Source of the DNA: an uncultured Muribaculaceae bacterium
GTDB lineage: Bacteria; Bacillota_I; Bacilli_A; RF39; UBA660
DNA length: 56,305 nt
Reading direction: 5' to 3'
NCBI GenBank assembly: GCA_964425325.1
Contig: CAYRLX010000006.1
Coordinates: forward strand, 1-56,305
This document shows, in pieces, positions 35,575 to 45,786 of the stretch. A model generated the notes under the pieces. That model was not told the origin of the DNA. It was given only the letters and a program-made list of their open reading frames with translations, and ran no database searches. A program made the position numbers and the translations under genes. Position 1 is the stretch's first letter. Each line of letters starts with the position of its first letter.

Positions 35575-36537
35575 ATGGAATTTAAAATAGGGAATATCAA
35601 TATAAAAAATAATGTTGTTTTAGCGCCTATGGCAGGTATTTCTAATCCTGCTTATATGAAAATTTGTGAAGAAATTGGTGTAGGATTTGCAATTACGGAA
35701 TTAATAAGTGCTGAGGCAATTGTAAGAGATAATCAAAAGACTTTTGATATGTTAAATGGAATTGAGAAAATAAAAATGCCAGTTGCCATTCAATTGTTTG
35801 GTTCAAATCCTGAAGTAATGGCTAAAGCTGCTCATATTATAAATAAGAAGTATCCTAATAAGATAATTGATATAAATATGGGATGCCCTGTTCCTAAAGT
35901 TGCTATTAAAGCTCACTCAGGTAGTGGTCTTTTAAAAGAACCTAAAAAAGTAGAAGAGATAGTAAGAAGTGTAGTAAATTCAGTCAATGTACCTGTTACG
36001 GTAAAAATTAGAAGTGGCTGGGATAAAAATAGTATTAATGCTGTGGAAATTGCTAAAATAATAGAAAAAGCAGGAGCTTCTTCTATTACTATTCATGGAA
36101 GAACTAGGTCTCAAGGTTATACTGGAAGTGTAGATTTAGATATTATAAAAGATGTTAAAAAAAATGTAGGTATTCCTGTAATAGGTAATGGGGATATTAG
36201 AAGTGCTTTGGATGCAAAGTATATGCTTGATTATACTGGGTGTGATGCAGTTATGATAGGTAGAGCGGCACTTGGTAATCCTTGGATACTAGAAAATACT
36301 ATAAGATATTTAAATGGTGATAGTTTAAAAGAGGTTACTGTTTTAGATAAAAAAGAAATGATGAAAAAACATTTTAGATATTTATTAGAATTTAAAAATG
36401 AAAGAACTGCTATTTTAGAGATGAGAACTATCTGTGCTTATTATTTAAAAGGCATTCCAAATTCGGCAGATATAAAAAGGGAGATATTTAAGATAAAAAC
36501 TACAGAAGAACTTTTTGAAATAATAGATAAAATATAG
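35575..36537 (+). CDS. dusB: tRNA-dihydrouridine synthase B
   Basis: LAPMAG, QLFGS, DINMGCP, VKIRSGW, HGRT, NGDI, MIGR (ORF track starts at 35551). Confidence 0.93.
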   Translation: MEFKIGNINIKNNVVLAPMAGISNPAYMKICEEIGVGFAITELISAEAIVRDNQKTFDMLNGIEKIKMPVAIQLFGSNPEVMAKAAHIINKKYPNKIIDINMGCPVPKVAIKAHSGSGLLKEPKKVEEIVRSVVNSVNVPVTVKIRSGWDKNSINAVEIAKIIEKAGASSITIHGRTRSQGYTGSVDLDIIKDVKKNVGIPVIGNGDIRSALDAKYMLDYTGCDAVMIGRAALGNPWILENTIRYLNGDSLKEVTVLDKKEMMKKHFRYLLEFKNERTAILEMRTICAYYLKGIPNSADIKREIFKIKTTEELFEIIDKI

Positions 36538-36567
36538 TATAATTTAATCATAGAAAGTGTGATTTAA

Positions 36568-37539
36568 ATGTTTTTTAAAAAGAATGTTTATCAAGAGATA
36601 TATAATAAAATAAAGAAAGCAAAAATAATTGTAATTGCTCGTCATGTAGGACCGGATCCTGATGCTTTAGGTAGTAGTTTGGGATTAAAGCAGATAATTC
36701 TTGATAATTTTGATAACAAAGATGTGTATGTTATAGGAAATCCTGCTTCTAAATTTAGTTATTTAGGAAGTTTAGATAAAATTCCAGAGGGCTTAAATAA
36801 TGATGATGCTCTATTAATTGTGACTGATACTCCTGATAGAAAAAGGGTTGATGGGGTAGATCCTTTGAATTTTAAAAATTCTATTAAAATAGATCATCAT
36901 CCTTTTATAGAAAAAACTTGCTCGCTAGAATGGATTGATGATAAAGCTTCTAGTGCATGTCAAATGATATTAGAACTTGTTTTTAATACTAAATTAGTGT
37001 TATCAAAAGAAGCTAGTGAAAAATTATATACTGGGATAGTTGCTGATACTAATAGGTTTATGTTCGCGTATACTTCTTCTAAGACTTTTAATTTAGTTGG
37101 AAAAATGCTTGATAAAGTAGATTTAGATATAACTAAGGTGTATGATAATCTATATTTAAGAGACTATAAAGATATAAAATTTCAAGGTTATTTATCTTTA
37201 AACTTAACAATTACAGATAATGGGGTTGGATTTATCATTATTAATGATGATATTTTAAAAGAATATAATGTCGATCCAGCTACACCTGGAAATATGATAA
37301 ATAATTTTAATCATATAAATGAAATATATGTATGGCTTACTGCTACGGAAGATAAGGATATGGGAAGCTATAGAGTATCTGTTAGGTCTAGAGGTCCTAT
37401 TATAAATGATGTTGTTTCTAACCATGGTGGTGGAGGTCATATATATGCTAGTGGTACTAGATTAAAAAATGCTCAAGAGATTAATAGTTTGATTGAAGAT
37501 TTGGATGATATTGTTAAAAAATATAAAGAAAGACTCTAG
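36568..37539 (+). CDS. nrnA: DHH-family oligoribonuclease/pAp phosphatase
   Basis: HVGPDPDALGS, IDHH, GIVADT, GGGH..ASG. Confidence 0.9.
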   Translation: MFFKKNVYQEIYNKIKKAKIIVIARHVGPDPDALGSSLGLKQIILDNFDNKDVYVIGNPASKFSYLGSLDKIPEGLNNDDALLIVTDTPDRKRVDGVDPLNFKNSIKIDHHPFIEKTCSLEWIDDKASSACQMILELVFNTKLVLSKEASEKLYTGIVADTNRFMFAYTSSKTFNLVGKMLDKVDLDITKVYDNLYLRDYKDIKFQGYLSLNLTITDNGVGFIIINDDILKEYNVDPATPGNMINNFNHINEIYVWLTATEDKDMGSYRVSVRSRGPIINDVVSNHGGGGHIYASGTRLKNAQEINSLIEDLDDIVKKYKERL

Positions 37540-37554
37540 GAAACTAGAGTCTTT
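37529..37554. terminator. Bidirectional terminator
   Basis: AAAGACTCTAG-gaaa-CTAGAGTCTTT between convergent genes. Confidence 0.8.
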
Positions 37555-37738
37555 ATCTGTAATAATATCCTCCGTAGTATGGATAAGGGTAAGGGTAATA
37601 ATTTGGCCTATTATAGAAGATAGGTGATATTAAACCTCCTGTAATACCACCAAGTAAAAATGGTCCCCAAAATCCTTGATTATTAAATCCTCCATTAAAT
37701 CCTGGTCTTCCAAATCCAGGTCTGAATCTTGGATTCAT
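37553..37738 (-). CDS. Small Gly/Phe/Tyr/Pro-rich protein, spore-coat-like (61 aa)
   Basis: Strong RBS AAGGAGGTG before ATG 37738; PFLLGGITGGL and YYPYPYPYY; upstream CATATGAT. Confidence 0.65.
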   Translation of the reverse strand: MNPRFRPGFGRPGFNGGFNNQGFWGPFLLGGITGGLISPIFYNRPNYYPYPYPYYGGYYYR

Positions 37739-37836
37739 TTCACACCTCCTTACATGAATATCATATGAAATAGAAAATAAAAAGTTAAAAAGTGGAATAA
37801 TTGTTAATTTAATCATATACTTTCTTAGGTGAGAAG

Positions 37837-38682
37837 ATGAAAAAATTTTTTCAAGTTATTGGTGTAGTTACTTTAATGATTGGCAGTTTTATCTATACGG
37901 AAAATGTTCAATATGCATCTAAAACGAGCGACTTTCTTTTAAATGAGATAAAAAGTAAAAAAGATGGATATAAGGAAAATGCTATAGAGCCGATTATAAA
38001 AGACAATACTATTTCCCCTGGTTTAAATGGTAGAGAAGTAGACGTGAAAAAAAGTTATCAAGAGATGAGTAAAATCGGATATTTTGATGATAAGCTTCTT
38101 GTATATAAAACTTTATCAGTAGAAAATCCACTTGATAAGAATAAAGATAAGTATGTAATTAGTTTAAATAATAGTAAGATGAATATTAGTATTATTTTTA
38201 AGGTTAATAATAATGATGATATTTCTAGTTTGATAAAATTATTAAATTCAAGAAAAATAAAAGGCTCATTTTTTATAACTAGTGGTTATTTACAGAAGCA
38301 TCATAATCAAATTATTCAGCTTATTGAAGATGGCCATACTGTTGGTAATTTAAGTAATAATGAGGACTATGAGGATAGTGATTTTGTTTGGATGAAAACT
38401 ATAATTACTAATATTGGTGTGCAGAAATACAACTATTGTTTGACTGATAAATATAATAAATTAATATTAAATAATTGTAGGATACAAAATTCTTTTACTA
38501 TTCTTTCTAATAATGTGATTAAGTCAAGGCCTCTAATTAGTATTAAAAAATATCTTAAACCAGGTAATATAATAGTTATTGATGTTAATGACGAGGTAAA
38601 AAAGGAATTTGAGATTATGCTTAATTATATAGACTCAAAAGGGTATACTATAAAGTCTTTGGAAGAGGGGCTTAAAGAGTAA
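37837..38682 (+). CDS. ylxY: YlxY/SwsB-like sporulation polysaccharide-deacetylase-family protein (catalytic motifs degenerate)
   Basis: PGLNGREVDVKKSY.EM motif; NodB-like fold (GSFFIT, GHTVGN, PGNII) lacking TFDD and HxxxH. Confidence 0.6.
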   Translation: MKKFFQVIGVVTLMIGSFIYTENVQYASKTSDFLLNEIKSKKDGYKENAIEPIIKDNTISPGLNGREVDVKKSYQEMSKIGYFDDKLLVYKTLSVENPLDKNKDKYVISLNNSKMNISIIFKVNNNDDISSLIKLLNSRKIKGSFFITSGYLQKHHNQIIQLIEDGHTVGNLSNNEDYEDSDFVWMKTIITNIGVQKYNYCLTDKYNKLILNNCRIQNSFTILSNNVIKSRPLISIKKYLKPGNIIVIDVNDEVKKEFEIMLNYIDSKGYTIKSLEEGLKE

Positions 38683-38765
38683 AAATTGGCAAAATACTTG
38701 ACACAATTTGCCGTTTTTATTTGTTTTTAAAGCTTTTTTTTGGTACAATTGATAAAGGTGATTAT

Positions 38766-40673
38766 ATGGCAAAATATGATGAGAGTTCTATAAAAATATT
38801 GGAAGGCTTGGAAGCTGTTAGAAAAAGACCTGGAATGTATATCGGATCTACTGATAAGAGAGGACTTCACCATCTAGTATGGGAAATAGTTGATAACAGT
38901 ATAGATGAAGTTATAAATGGTTTTGGTAACAAAATAAAAGTTACTATTCATAAGGATGGTTCTGTTAGTGTAGAAGATTTTGGTAGAGGTGTTCCTGTTG
39001 GAAAGCATCCATCTGGTAAGAGTACTCCAGAAGTTATATATACTATACTTCATGCTGGAGGTAAGTTTGAAACATCGGGTTATAAAGTATCCGGTGGGCT
39101 TCATGGTGTTGGTGGTTCTGTCGTTAATGCTTTATCTAAGTGGATGGAAGTTACTATTAAAAGAGACGGGGGAGAGTTTTTTATTGCTTTTGAGAATGGC
39201 GGACATGTAAAAACTCCACTTAAACAAATAGGTAAGTCTCATAAAACTGGAACAACGGTTAGGTTTATGCCTGATGATTCTATTTTTCAAACTACAACTT
39301 TCTCTTATAGTACAATTTGTGAAAGGATGCAGGAAAGTGCTTTTTTATTAAAAGAACTTACGATAGAAGTGGTTGATGAGATAGGTGATCGAAGTGAAGT
39401 ATATCATTATGATAAAGGACTTAATTCTTTTGCTGAATATTTAAATACTGATAAAAAGGTACTTCATAAGCCTTATGATTTTTCTGGAAGTAAGGATGGA
39501 GTAAATGTTGAAGTTGCTTTTCAATATACTGAAGGGTATTCTGAAAATATTATATCTTTTGTTAATAATGTCAAAACTTCAGATGGTGGTACTCATGAGG
39601 TTGGGTTTAAAACAGCAATTACTAGAGTATTTAATGATTATGCTAGAGGAAATGGTTATTTAAAGAATAAGGACAAGAATTTTGAGGGACCTGATACGAG
39701 AGAGGGACTGACTGCAATAATATCTCTACAAGTGCCGGAAAAATTATTACAATTTGAAGGACAGACTAAAGGAAAACTTGGGACTCCTGCTGCTAGAACA
39801 ATAGTCGATAGTATAACTACGGAACATATGCAGTTTTTCTTAGAAGAAAATAAGGAAATTGCGATTAAAATACTAGAGAAAATGGTTAAATCTAAACAGG
39901 TTAGGGAAGCTGCTAGAAAAGCTAGAGATGAAGCTAGAAATGGCAAGGGTAAAAATAGAAAAGAAAAATCAATATCTGATAAGTTTACTCCAGCTCAGTC
40001 AAAGAATCCAAAAATCAATGAATTATTTTTAGTCGAAGGTGATTCTGCAGGAGGCTCTGCTAAACAAGGAAGGGATAGAAAATTCCAAGCTATTTTGCCT
40101 TTAAGGGGTAAGGTTATAAACACTGAAAAAGCTTCTTTAACTGATGTACTTAATAATAATGAAATAAATACTATGATACAGACAATTGGTGCGGGCATTG
40201 GTAGTGATTTTGAAATTAAGGATTGTAATTATGACAAGGTAATTATTATGACTGATGCTGATGATGATGGGGCTCATATAACTATACTTCTTTTAACATT
40301 TTTCTATAGATTTATGAAACCTCTTATTGAAAATGGTCATCTTTATATTGCGATGCCACCTTTATATGCTTTGAAAAATGGTAATAAAATATATGGATAT
40401 GCCTGGAATGATGAAGAGGCTGAAGAAGTTAGAAAAAGTAATAAAGTAAAGCTTGAAAAACAAAGATATAAAGGTCTTGGTGAAATGAATGCTGAACAAC
40501 TTTGGGAGACAACTATGGATCCTAATTCAAGAAGCTTAATAAAGGTTAATTTAACTGATGCTTCTTTAGCTGAAAGAAGAGTTTCAGTACTTATGGGTGA
40601 CAATGTAGAACCTAGAAAACAATGGATAGAGGAAAATATAGAATTTACTTTAGAAGATAATTTTGCAAAGTAG
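38766..40673 (+). CDS. parE: DNA topoisomerase IV subunit B
   Basis: LEAVRKRPGMYIGS, EGDSAGG, PLRGK, FEGQTKGKLG, VEPRKQWIE; paired with parC (ORF track starts at 38721). Confidence 0.93.
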   Translation: MAKYDESSIKILEGLEAVRKRPGMYIGSTDKRGLHHLVWEIVDNSIDEVINGFGNKIKVTIHKDGSVSVEDFGRGVPVGKHPSGKSTPEVIYTILHAGGKFETSGYKVSGGLHGVGGSVVNALSKWMEVTIKRDGGEFFIAFENGGHVKTPLKQIGKSHKTGTTVRFMPDDSIFQTTTFSYSTICERMQESAFLLKELTIEVVDEIGDRSEVYHYDKGLNSFAEYLNTDKKVLHKPYDFSGSKDGVNVEVAFQYTEGYSENIISFVNNVKTSDGGTHEVGFKTAITRVFNDYARGNGYLKNKDKNFEGPDTREGLTAIISLQVPEKLLQFEGQTKGKLGTPAARTIVDSITTEHMQFFLEENKEIAIKILEKMVKSKQVREAARKARDEARNGKGKNRKEKSISDKFTPAQSKNPKINELFLVEGDSAGGSAKQGRDRKFQAILPLRGKVINTEKASLTDVLNNNEINTMIQTIGAGIGSDFEIKDCNYDKVIIMTDADDDGAHITILLLTFFYRFMKPLIENGHLYIAMPPLYALKNGNKIYGYAWNDEEAEEVRKSNKVKLEKQRYKGLGEMNAEQLWETTMDPNSRSLIKVNLTDASLAERRVSVLMGDNVEPRKQWIEENIEFTLEDNFAK

Positions 40674-43172
40674 GTGAGTATTGTGGAAACAGAAGAAACA
40701 TTAAAAAAAATATATGATTATTCTTTGGAATATATAATGGGAGATAGCTTTGGTAGATATGCTAAAACTATAATTCAAGATAGGGCTTTGCCTGATGTTA
40801 GGGATGGTTTAAAACCTGTTCAAAGAAGAATACTTTATGCTATGTACAAGGATGGAAATACTTATGATAAACCAACGAAAAAGTCTGCTAAGGCTGTTGG
40901 TAATATTATGGGTTTTTACCACCCTCATGGAGACTCTAGTATTTATGATGCTTTAGTTAGAATGAGTCAATGGTGGAAGAATAATTTATGTTATGTCGAA
41001 ATGCAAGGTAATAATGGTTCTATGGATGGCGATGGCGCAGCTGCTATGCGTTATACTGAAGCAAGACTTACTAAAGTAGCTGGAGAGCTTCTTCGAGATA
41101 TTAATAAAGATACTGTTTTAATGAGTTTAAATTATGATGATACTTTATTAGAACCAACCGTACTTCCTGCTAAGTTTCCTAATTTATTAGTTAATGGAGC
41201 TACTGGAATTTCTGCTGGGTATGCAACTAATATTCCTCCACATAATCTAGGTGAGATAATAGATGCAACCATAAAAAGAATAGACAGCCCTAATTGTCAT
41301 TTAGATACGATATTGGATATTGTTAAAGGACCTGATTTTCCAACTGGAGGAGTAGCTGAAGGGATAAAAGGAATAAGGGATGCTTTTGCTACTGGTAGAG
41401 GAAAGGTAAATGTTAGATGTAAATACGAAGTTGTCGGTAAGGGTAAAAAACAGATTATTATAAGTGAAATTCCGTATGAGGTTAATAAGGCATTACTTGT
41501 AAAAAAAATCGACGAGATTAGAATCGAGAAAAAAATTGATGGCATTGCTGAAGTAAGGGATGAGACTGATAGAAATGGCCTTCAAATTGCGATTGATCTT
41601 AAGAAAGATGCTAATGTAGATTTAATAATCAATTATTTGCTTAAAAATACTGATATGATGGTTTCATATAATTATAATATGGTTGCTATTGTAAATAGAA
41701 GACCTATGGTTCTTGGAATTTTGCAAATATTAGATGCTTATATTGCTCATCAAAAAGAAGTTATTACAAGAAGAACTGAGTTTGAGCTTAGAGTTGCTAG
41801 GGAAAGAATGCATATATTAGAAGGTTTAGTTAAAGCTTTATCTATATTAGATGAGGTAATTAGGGTAATAAGGGCATCAAAAAACAAAGCAGATGCGATT
41901 AATAATTTAGTAAAAGAATTTGATTTTACTGAAAAGCAAGCTGATGCGATTGTAACTTTAAGGCTTTATAGATTAACTAATACTGATGTGGAAGAAATAA
42001 AAGCAGAGATGGATGAAAAACAAAAACAAATTGAAGTATGGACACAGATACTCGAGAATGAAGAGGCTTTAAAGCATGTTATGAAAACTGAACTAAGATT
42101 GGTTAAAAAAGAATACGCTACTGATAGAAAAACTGAAATAAAGGATGAAGTGACAGAAATTAAAATTGATACAACTTCATTAATTCCAAAAGAAGATTGT
42201 ATGGTAGTTGTGACTAAAGAGGGTTATGTAAAACGAGTATCTCTTAGAAGTTTTAGTGCTGCAAATGGTGATTATACTGGATTAAAAGATAAGGATTATC
42301 CAGTTGGTTTATATGAGGCAAATACGATGGATACGTTACTTGTATTCACTGATTTAGGTAATTTTCTTTATATACCTGTATATGAACTTCCTGATTTAAA
42401 ATGGAAGGATTTAGGAAAACATATAAGTAATATAATTAAAATAAGTAGTGATGAGAATATTATTTCCTCTTATCTTGTTAAATCTTTTGATGAGAAAATA
42501 GAATTTTTAACTTTTACTAAGAATGGAATGGTTAAGAAGACTTTACTTTCTTCTTTGAGGGTTCAAAGATATACTAAACCTATTTCTTTAATTAAATTAA
42601 AAGAAGATGATAGGGTTGTTTCTAATGTGATAGCTAAAAATGAAATTTTTGTTACTACAGTTAGAGGTTATGGCCTTAGGTATTTGACAGAAGAGGTACC
42701 TGTTACTGGTCTTCGTGGTAGTGGAGTTAAGGCTATTAATTTAAAAGATGACTTTGTTGTTTCTGGATGTAGTTTTAGTGATGAGAATTTTATAACTATT
42801 ATAACTGATAAAGGTACAGCAAAAAGAATCAAAATTGATGAGTTTGATGTTATTGCTCGTGCTAGAAGAGGAGTTTTAGCTGTAAGGGATGTGAAGACTA
42901 ATCCTTATCATATAATAAATTCTTTTGTTTCTAATAATAAGCAGGAGATTGGAATTGTTACGGATGAAATTAGTTTTCATAAGATAACTGAATTTCCTAT
43001 ATGTGATAGATACCAGACTGGTACTTTAATAACAAAAGAAAAAATAGAGAGTGCTTTCTTTAAAATAGATATAACTGAAAAAGAAGAGGAAATAGTTGAT
43101 GTGTCTTTGGATAAAGTTGATGAAAAGATAATGACTATTGATGATTTTTTAGATGATTTAAAGGAAAGTTAA
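40674..43172 (+). CDS. parC: DNA topoisomerase IV subunit A
   Basis: [44 protein letters not shown]; Firmicute ParC-type N-terminus. Confidence 0.93.
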   Translation: MSIVETEETLKKIYDYSLEYIMGDSFGRYAKTIIQDRALPDVRDGLKPVQRRILYAMYKDGNTYDKPTKKSAKAVGNIMGFYHPHGDSSIYDALVRMSQWWKNNLCYVEMQGNNGSMDGDGAAAMRYTEARLTKVAGELLRDINKDTVLMSLNYDDTLLEPTVLPAKFPNLLVNGATGISAGYATNIPPHNLGEIIDATIKRIDSPNCHLDTILDIVKGPDFPTGGVAEGIKGIRDAFATGRGKVNVRCKYEVVGKGKKQIIISEIPYEVNKALLVKKIDEIRIEKKIDGIAEVRDETDRNGLQIAIDLKKDANVDLIINYLLKNTDMMVSYNYNMVAIVNRRPMVLGILQILDAYIAHQKEVITRRTEFELRVARERMHILEGLVKALSILDEVIRVIRASKNKADAINNLVKEFDFTEKQADAIVTLRLYRLTNTDVEEIKAEMDEKQKQIEVWTQILENEEALKHVMKTELRLVKKEYATDRKTEIKDEVTEIKIDTTSLIPKEDCMVVVTKEGYVKRVSLRSFSAANGDYTGLKDKDYPVGLYEANTMDTLLVFTDLGNFLYIPVYELPDLKWKDLGKHISNIIKISSDENIISSYLVKSFDEKIEFLTFTKNGMVKKTLLSSLRVQRYTKPISLIKLKEDDRVVSNVIAKNEIFVTTVRGYGLRYLTEEVPVTGLRGSGVKAINLKDDFVVSGCSFSDENFITIITDKGTAKRIKIDEFDVIARARRGVLAVRDVKTNPYHIINSFVSNNKQEIGIVTDEISFHKITEFPICDRYQTGTLITKEKIESAFFKIDITEKEEEIVDVSLDKVDEKIMTIDDFLDDLKES

Positions 43173-43182
43173 TTGTTTAAGA

Positions 43183-43818
43183 ATGAAAAAATATAATTGG
43201 ATTGATAAAATTAGTGAAGAAGAGTTAAATGATGTATGTAAAACTCTAAAAGAAGGTGGGGTAGTAATATTTCCTACTGAAACGGTTTATGGTATTGCTG
43301 CCTGCGCTTTAAACAAAAATGGTGTGGATAAGTTATATAAAGCAAAAAGGAGACCTCGTGAAAAAGCTATTAATATTATGGTAAGTAAAAAACAAGAAAT
43401 TGAGAGGTATGCATATATAAAAAATGAGGTTGAAAGGCAGATAATAGATAAATTTATGCCTGGTGAATTAACTATTATCCTTGATAAAAAAGATGATTTT
43501 GGCAATTATTTTACTTTATCTGATGGTACTATTGGTGTTAGAATTCCTGATAGTGACATTGCTTTAACTATTTTAAGTGAAGTTTCAATGCCATTAATAG
43601 TTTCTTCTGCAAATATTTCTGGTATGGCAAGTGGTGTTGATCCAGATGAAATTGAGAAGTATTTTAGTGAAAGTGTAGATATTTTAATTGATGGAGGAAT
43701 AATTAATAAGGGCATTCCGTCTACTATTGTAAGGGTTCAAAATGAAAAAATTAAAATAATCAGAGAAGGAAAAATAACTAAGGAAAAACTCGAAAGTCAA
43801 ATAGAAACAGGATACTGA
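43183..43818 (+). CDS. tsaC: L-threonylcarbamoyladenylate synthase (Sua5/TsaC)
   Basis: FPTETVYG, K.RP, PGELT, GVRIP, SSANISG, PSTI. Confidence 0.92.
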   Translation: MKKYNWIDKISEEELNDVCKTLKEGGVVIFPTETVYGIAACALNKNGVDKLYKAKRRPREKAINIMVSKKQEIERYAYIKNEVERQIIDKFMPGELTIILDKKDDFGNYFTLSDGTIGVRIPDSDIALTILSEVSMPLIVSSANISGMASGVDPDEIEKYFSESVDILIDGGIINKGIPSTIVRVQNEKIKIIREGKITKEKLESQIETGY

Positions 43819-43832
43819 AAATCAGTATCCTG
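43808..43832. terminator. Hairpin formed by the 3' ends of two convergent genes
   Basis: CAGGATACTGA-aaa-TCAGTATCCTG contains both stop codons. Confidence 0.65.
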
Positions 43833-44130
43833 CTTTTATATCTTTTATTTTTTTTATAGGTAGTCCTGTAACTTTAGAAATATCTTTTAAGTTCATTTTC
43901 ATTTCTAATAATTTTTTAGCAGTTTCTTCTGCTTTTTGTTCTATACCTTGAGTGATGCCTTGATTAATTCCTTGGGAGATACCTTGAGAGATACCTTTTT
44001 CATACATAGTGTTTTTAATAATCTCATCTTCGTTTTCTATAATAATGTCAATTATTTCAGGATCTTGATTTAGTTTGTTAACTTTTTTAGATAATTCTTC
44101 CATAATTTTGTCTCCTCGTATAATAGTTTT

Positions 44131-44465
44131 TGTAAGTGATTCATTTCATTTATAAAGACTATTTTTCTTTCTAAACTATTGTTTCGTTTAAAAGTACAAA
44201 TAGTTAAAACTTTTTTGAATTATGAAACCCTTGTGCTATTATATTTTTCGAAATGTAATGACAAGGATCTATTCTGTCGTCTCCTGTAACCCAATAAGGT
44301 GTTTACTATCAAAGAATGTTTCCCTTCTTTTAAGTTATTATCCTTCTAACTCAGATGATGTTTCTCTTTAAAAGTTTAATCGCAGCTAATTATCCTTAAA
44401 TTAAAGATGTATTCTTATAACGAGGTTGTTGTCAAACTTTTAAGCAAGGGTTTCTGTAGTTCATT
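44131..44465 (+). ncRNA. Candidate IS110 bridge RNA in the left non-coding end (ends approximate)
   Basis: Nested stems (GAAACCCTTG/CAAGGGTTTC, TGACAA/TTGTCA, AAGGAT/ATCCTT, CTTTAA/TTAAAG); loop segments match the target (TCGTCTCCT, CAAAG) and donor (GATGTTTCT, ACGAG). Confidence 0.7.
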
Positions 44466-44505
44466 ATATTTCACAAAAATCTACTCACGAAAGGTGGTGA
44501 TATTT

Positions 44506-45786
44506 ATGAATAACTGTTTATTCATTGGTGTTGATGTTGCCTTAAAAGGTAATCAGTTTTGCGTTATGAATTTTGATCAACATGTTTACTTTAATCTTAA
44601 ATTTTCTAACAATCCTGAAGGTAATAATTTATTAATTAATAAGATTAAACAAATTGAAGAAAAACTTTTCTTCGAGAAAATTATTATAGTAATGGAAGCT
44701 ACTGGAATGTATTCTTTTCATCCAGCTTGTTATTTATCTTCTAATGAATATCTCAATAATTTTCATACTGAAGTTTATCAAATAAATGCATGTGATTTTA
44801 ATGCATATAAGAAAAGTTTTCATGATGCCCCTAAAGATGATGGTATTGATGCTTATATTCTTGCCGACTATGGGAGAGTCGGCAGAACTAAACAATTACA
44901 TCCCTTTAGAGGATCGCAATACATTGCTCTTCAAAGATTAACTCGTCAAAGGTATCATATTTGTAAAAATTTGATTAGAGAAAAATCTTATGTTTTAAGT
45001 AATTTATATCTTTCTTTCTCTGGCCTTGTTTCTACAAATAAATCTGATATGCCTTTCTCTGACATTTTTGGGGCTACAGCTTCTGCCTTATTGGAAGAGT
45101 TTGTTTCTCCTGATCAAATTGCTGAATCTTCTATTGAAGAACTTATTGATTTTATTTCTTTTAAGGGGAAAAATCATACTAAAAACCCAAGTGAAAAAGT
45201 TACATTACTTAAGAAAGCTATTCGGTCTTCTTATAGATTAGATCAGACAGCTTATGAACCAATTAATATAGCTATTGCTTCTTCATTAAATACCATTAGA
45301 TTCTACCAATCCCAACTTAAGCTACTTGATCAAACTATTCTAAGAACAGCTACAGGACTTGATTCTAATACTTATAATATTTTACTTTCTATTCGAGGTA
45401 TTGGTAAAGTGTATGCTGCTGGTATTATGGCTGAAATTGGTAATGTTGAAAGGTTTTCTCATAACTCAAAGCTTGCCAAATATTCAGGACTTTATTGGAA
45501 AAGAAATCAATCTGGTGAATTCGAAAGTACTGACAAAAAATCTTCTAAGAAATCTAACAAGTATTTAAGATACTATATGATTGAAGCCGCTAACTCTTGT
45601 AATACGCAAAGTTTTCCATTTATTAGAGACTATTATATTCAAAAATATAATGAAGTCAATAAACATCAACATAAACGTGCACTCGTTCTATCTGCTCGTA
45701 AACTTGAAAGATTGATCTTTGGATTGCTGCGAAAAGGTCAATACTACAAACCATTGGACTCAGTTCAAAATAATTGTGAATCGTAG
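44506..45786 (+). CDS. IS110-family DEDD recombinase/transposase (426 aa)
   Basis: IGVDVA, MEATG, KDDGIDA (DEDD); SIRGIG..AEIG..F..LAKYSGL...QSG; RBS AAGGTGGTG (ORF track starts at 44407). Confidence 0.95.
   Translation: MNNCLFIGVDVALKGNQFCVMNFDQHVYFNLKFSNNPEGNNLLINKIKQIEEKLFFEKIIIVMEATGMYSFHPACYLSSNEYLNNFHTEVYQINACDFNAYKKSFHDAPKDDGIDAYILADYGRVGRTKQLHPFRGSQYIALQRLTRQRYHICKNLIREKSYVLSNLYLSFSGLVSTNKSDMPFSDIFGATASALLEEFVSPDQIAESSIEELIDFISFKGKNHTKNPSEKVTLLKKAIRSSYRLDQTAYEPINIAIASSLNTIRFYQSQLKLLDQTILRTATGLDSNTYNILLSIRGIGKVYAAGIMAEIGNVERFSHNSKLAKYSGLYWKRNQSGEFESTDKKSSKKSNKYLRYYMIEAANSCNTQSFPFIRDYYIQKYNEVNKHQHKRALVLSARKLERLIFGLLRKGQYYKPLDSVQNNCES

Noticed and set aside
38698-38703. TTGACA as the parE -35
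   Set aside because: No -10 at 16-18 bp; it lies in the loop of a GGCAAA/TTTGCC hairpin; TTGTTT-17-TACAAT (38721-38749) fits better
38721-43172. gyrB/gyrA assignment or quinolone-resistance alleles
   Set aside because: Termini match Firmicute ParE/ParC; the [12 protein letters not shown] looks wild-type
44407-44505. N-terminal 33 aa of the 459-aa transposase ORF
   Set aside because: No RBS, overlaps the structured RNA region; the RBS and the typical IS110 N-terminus point to ATG 44506
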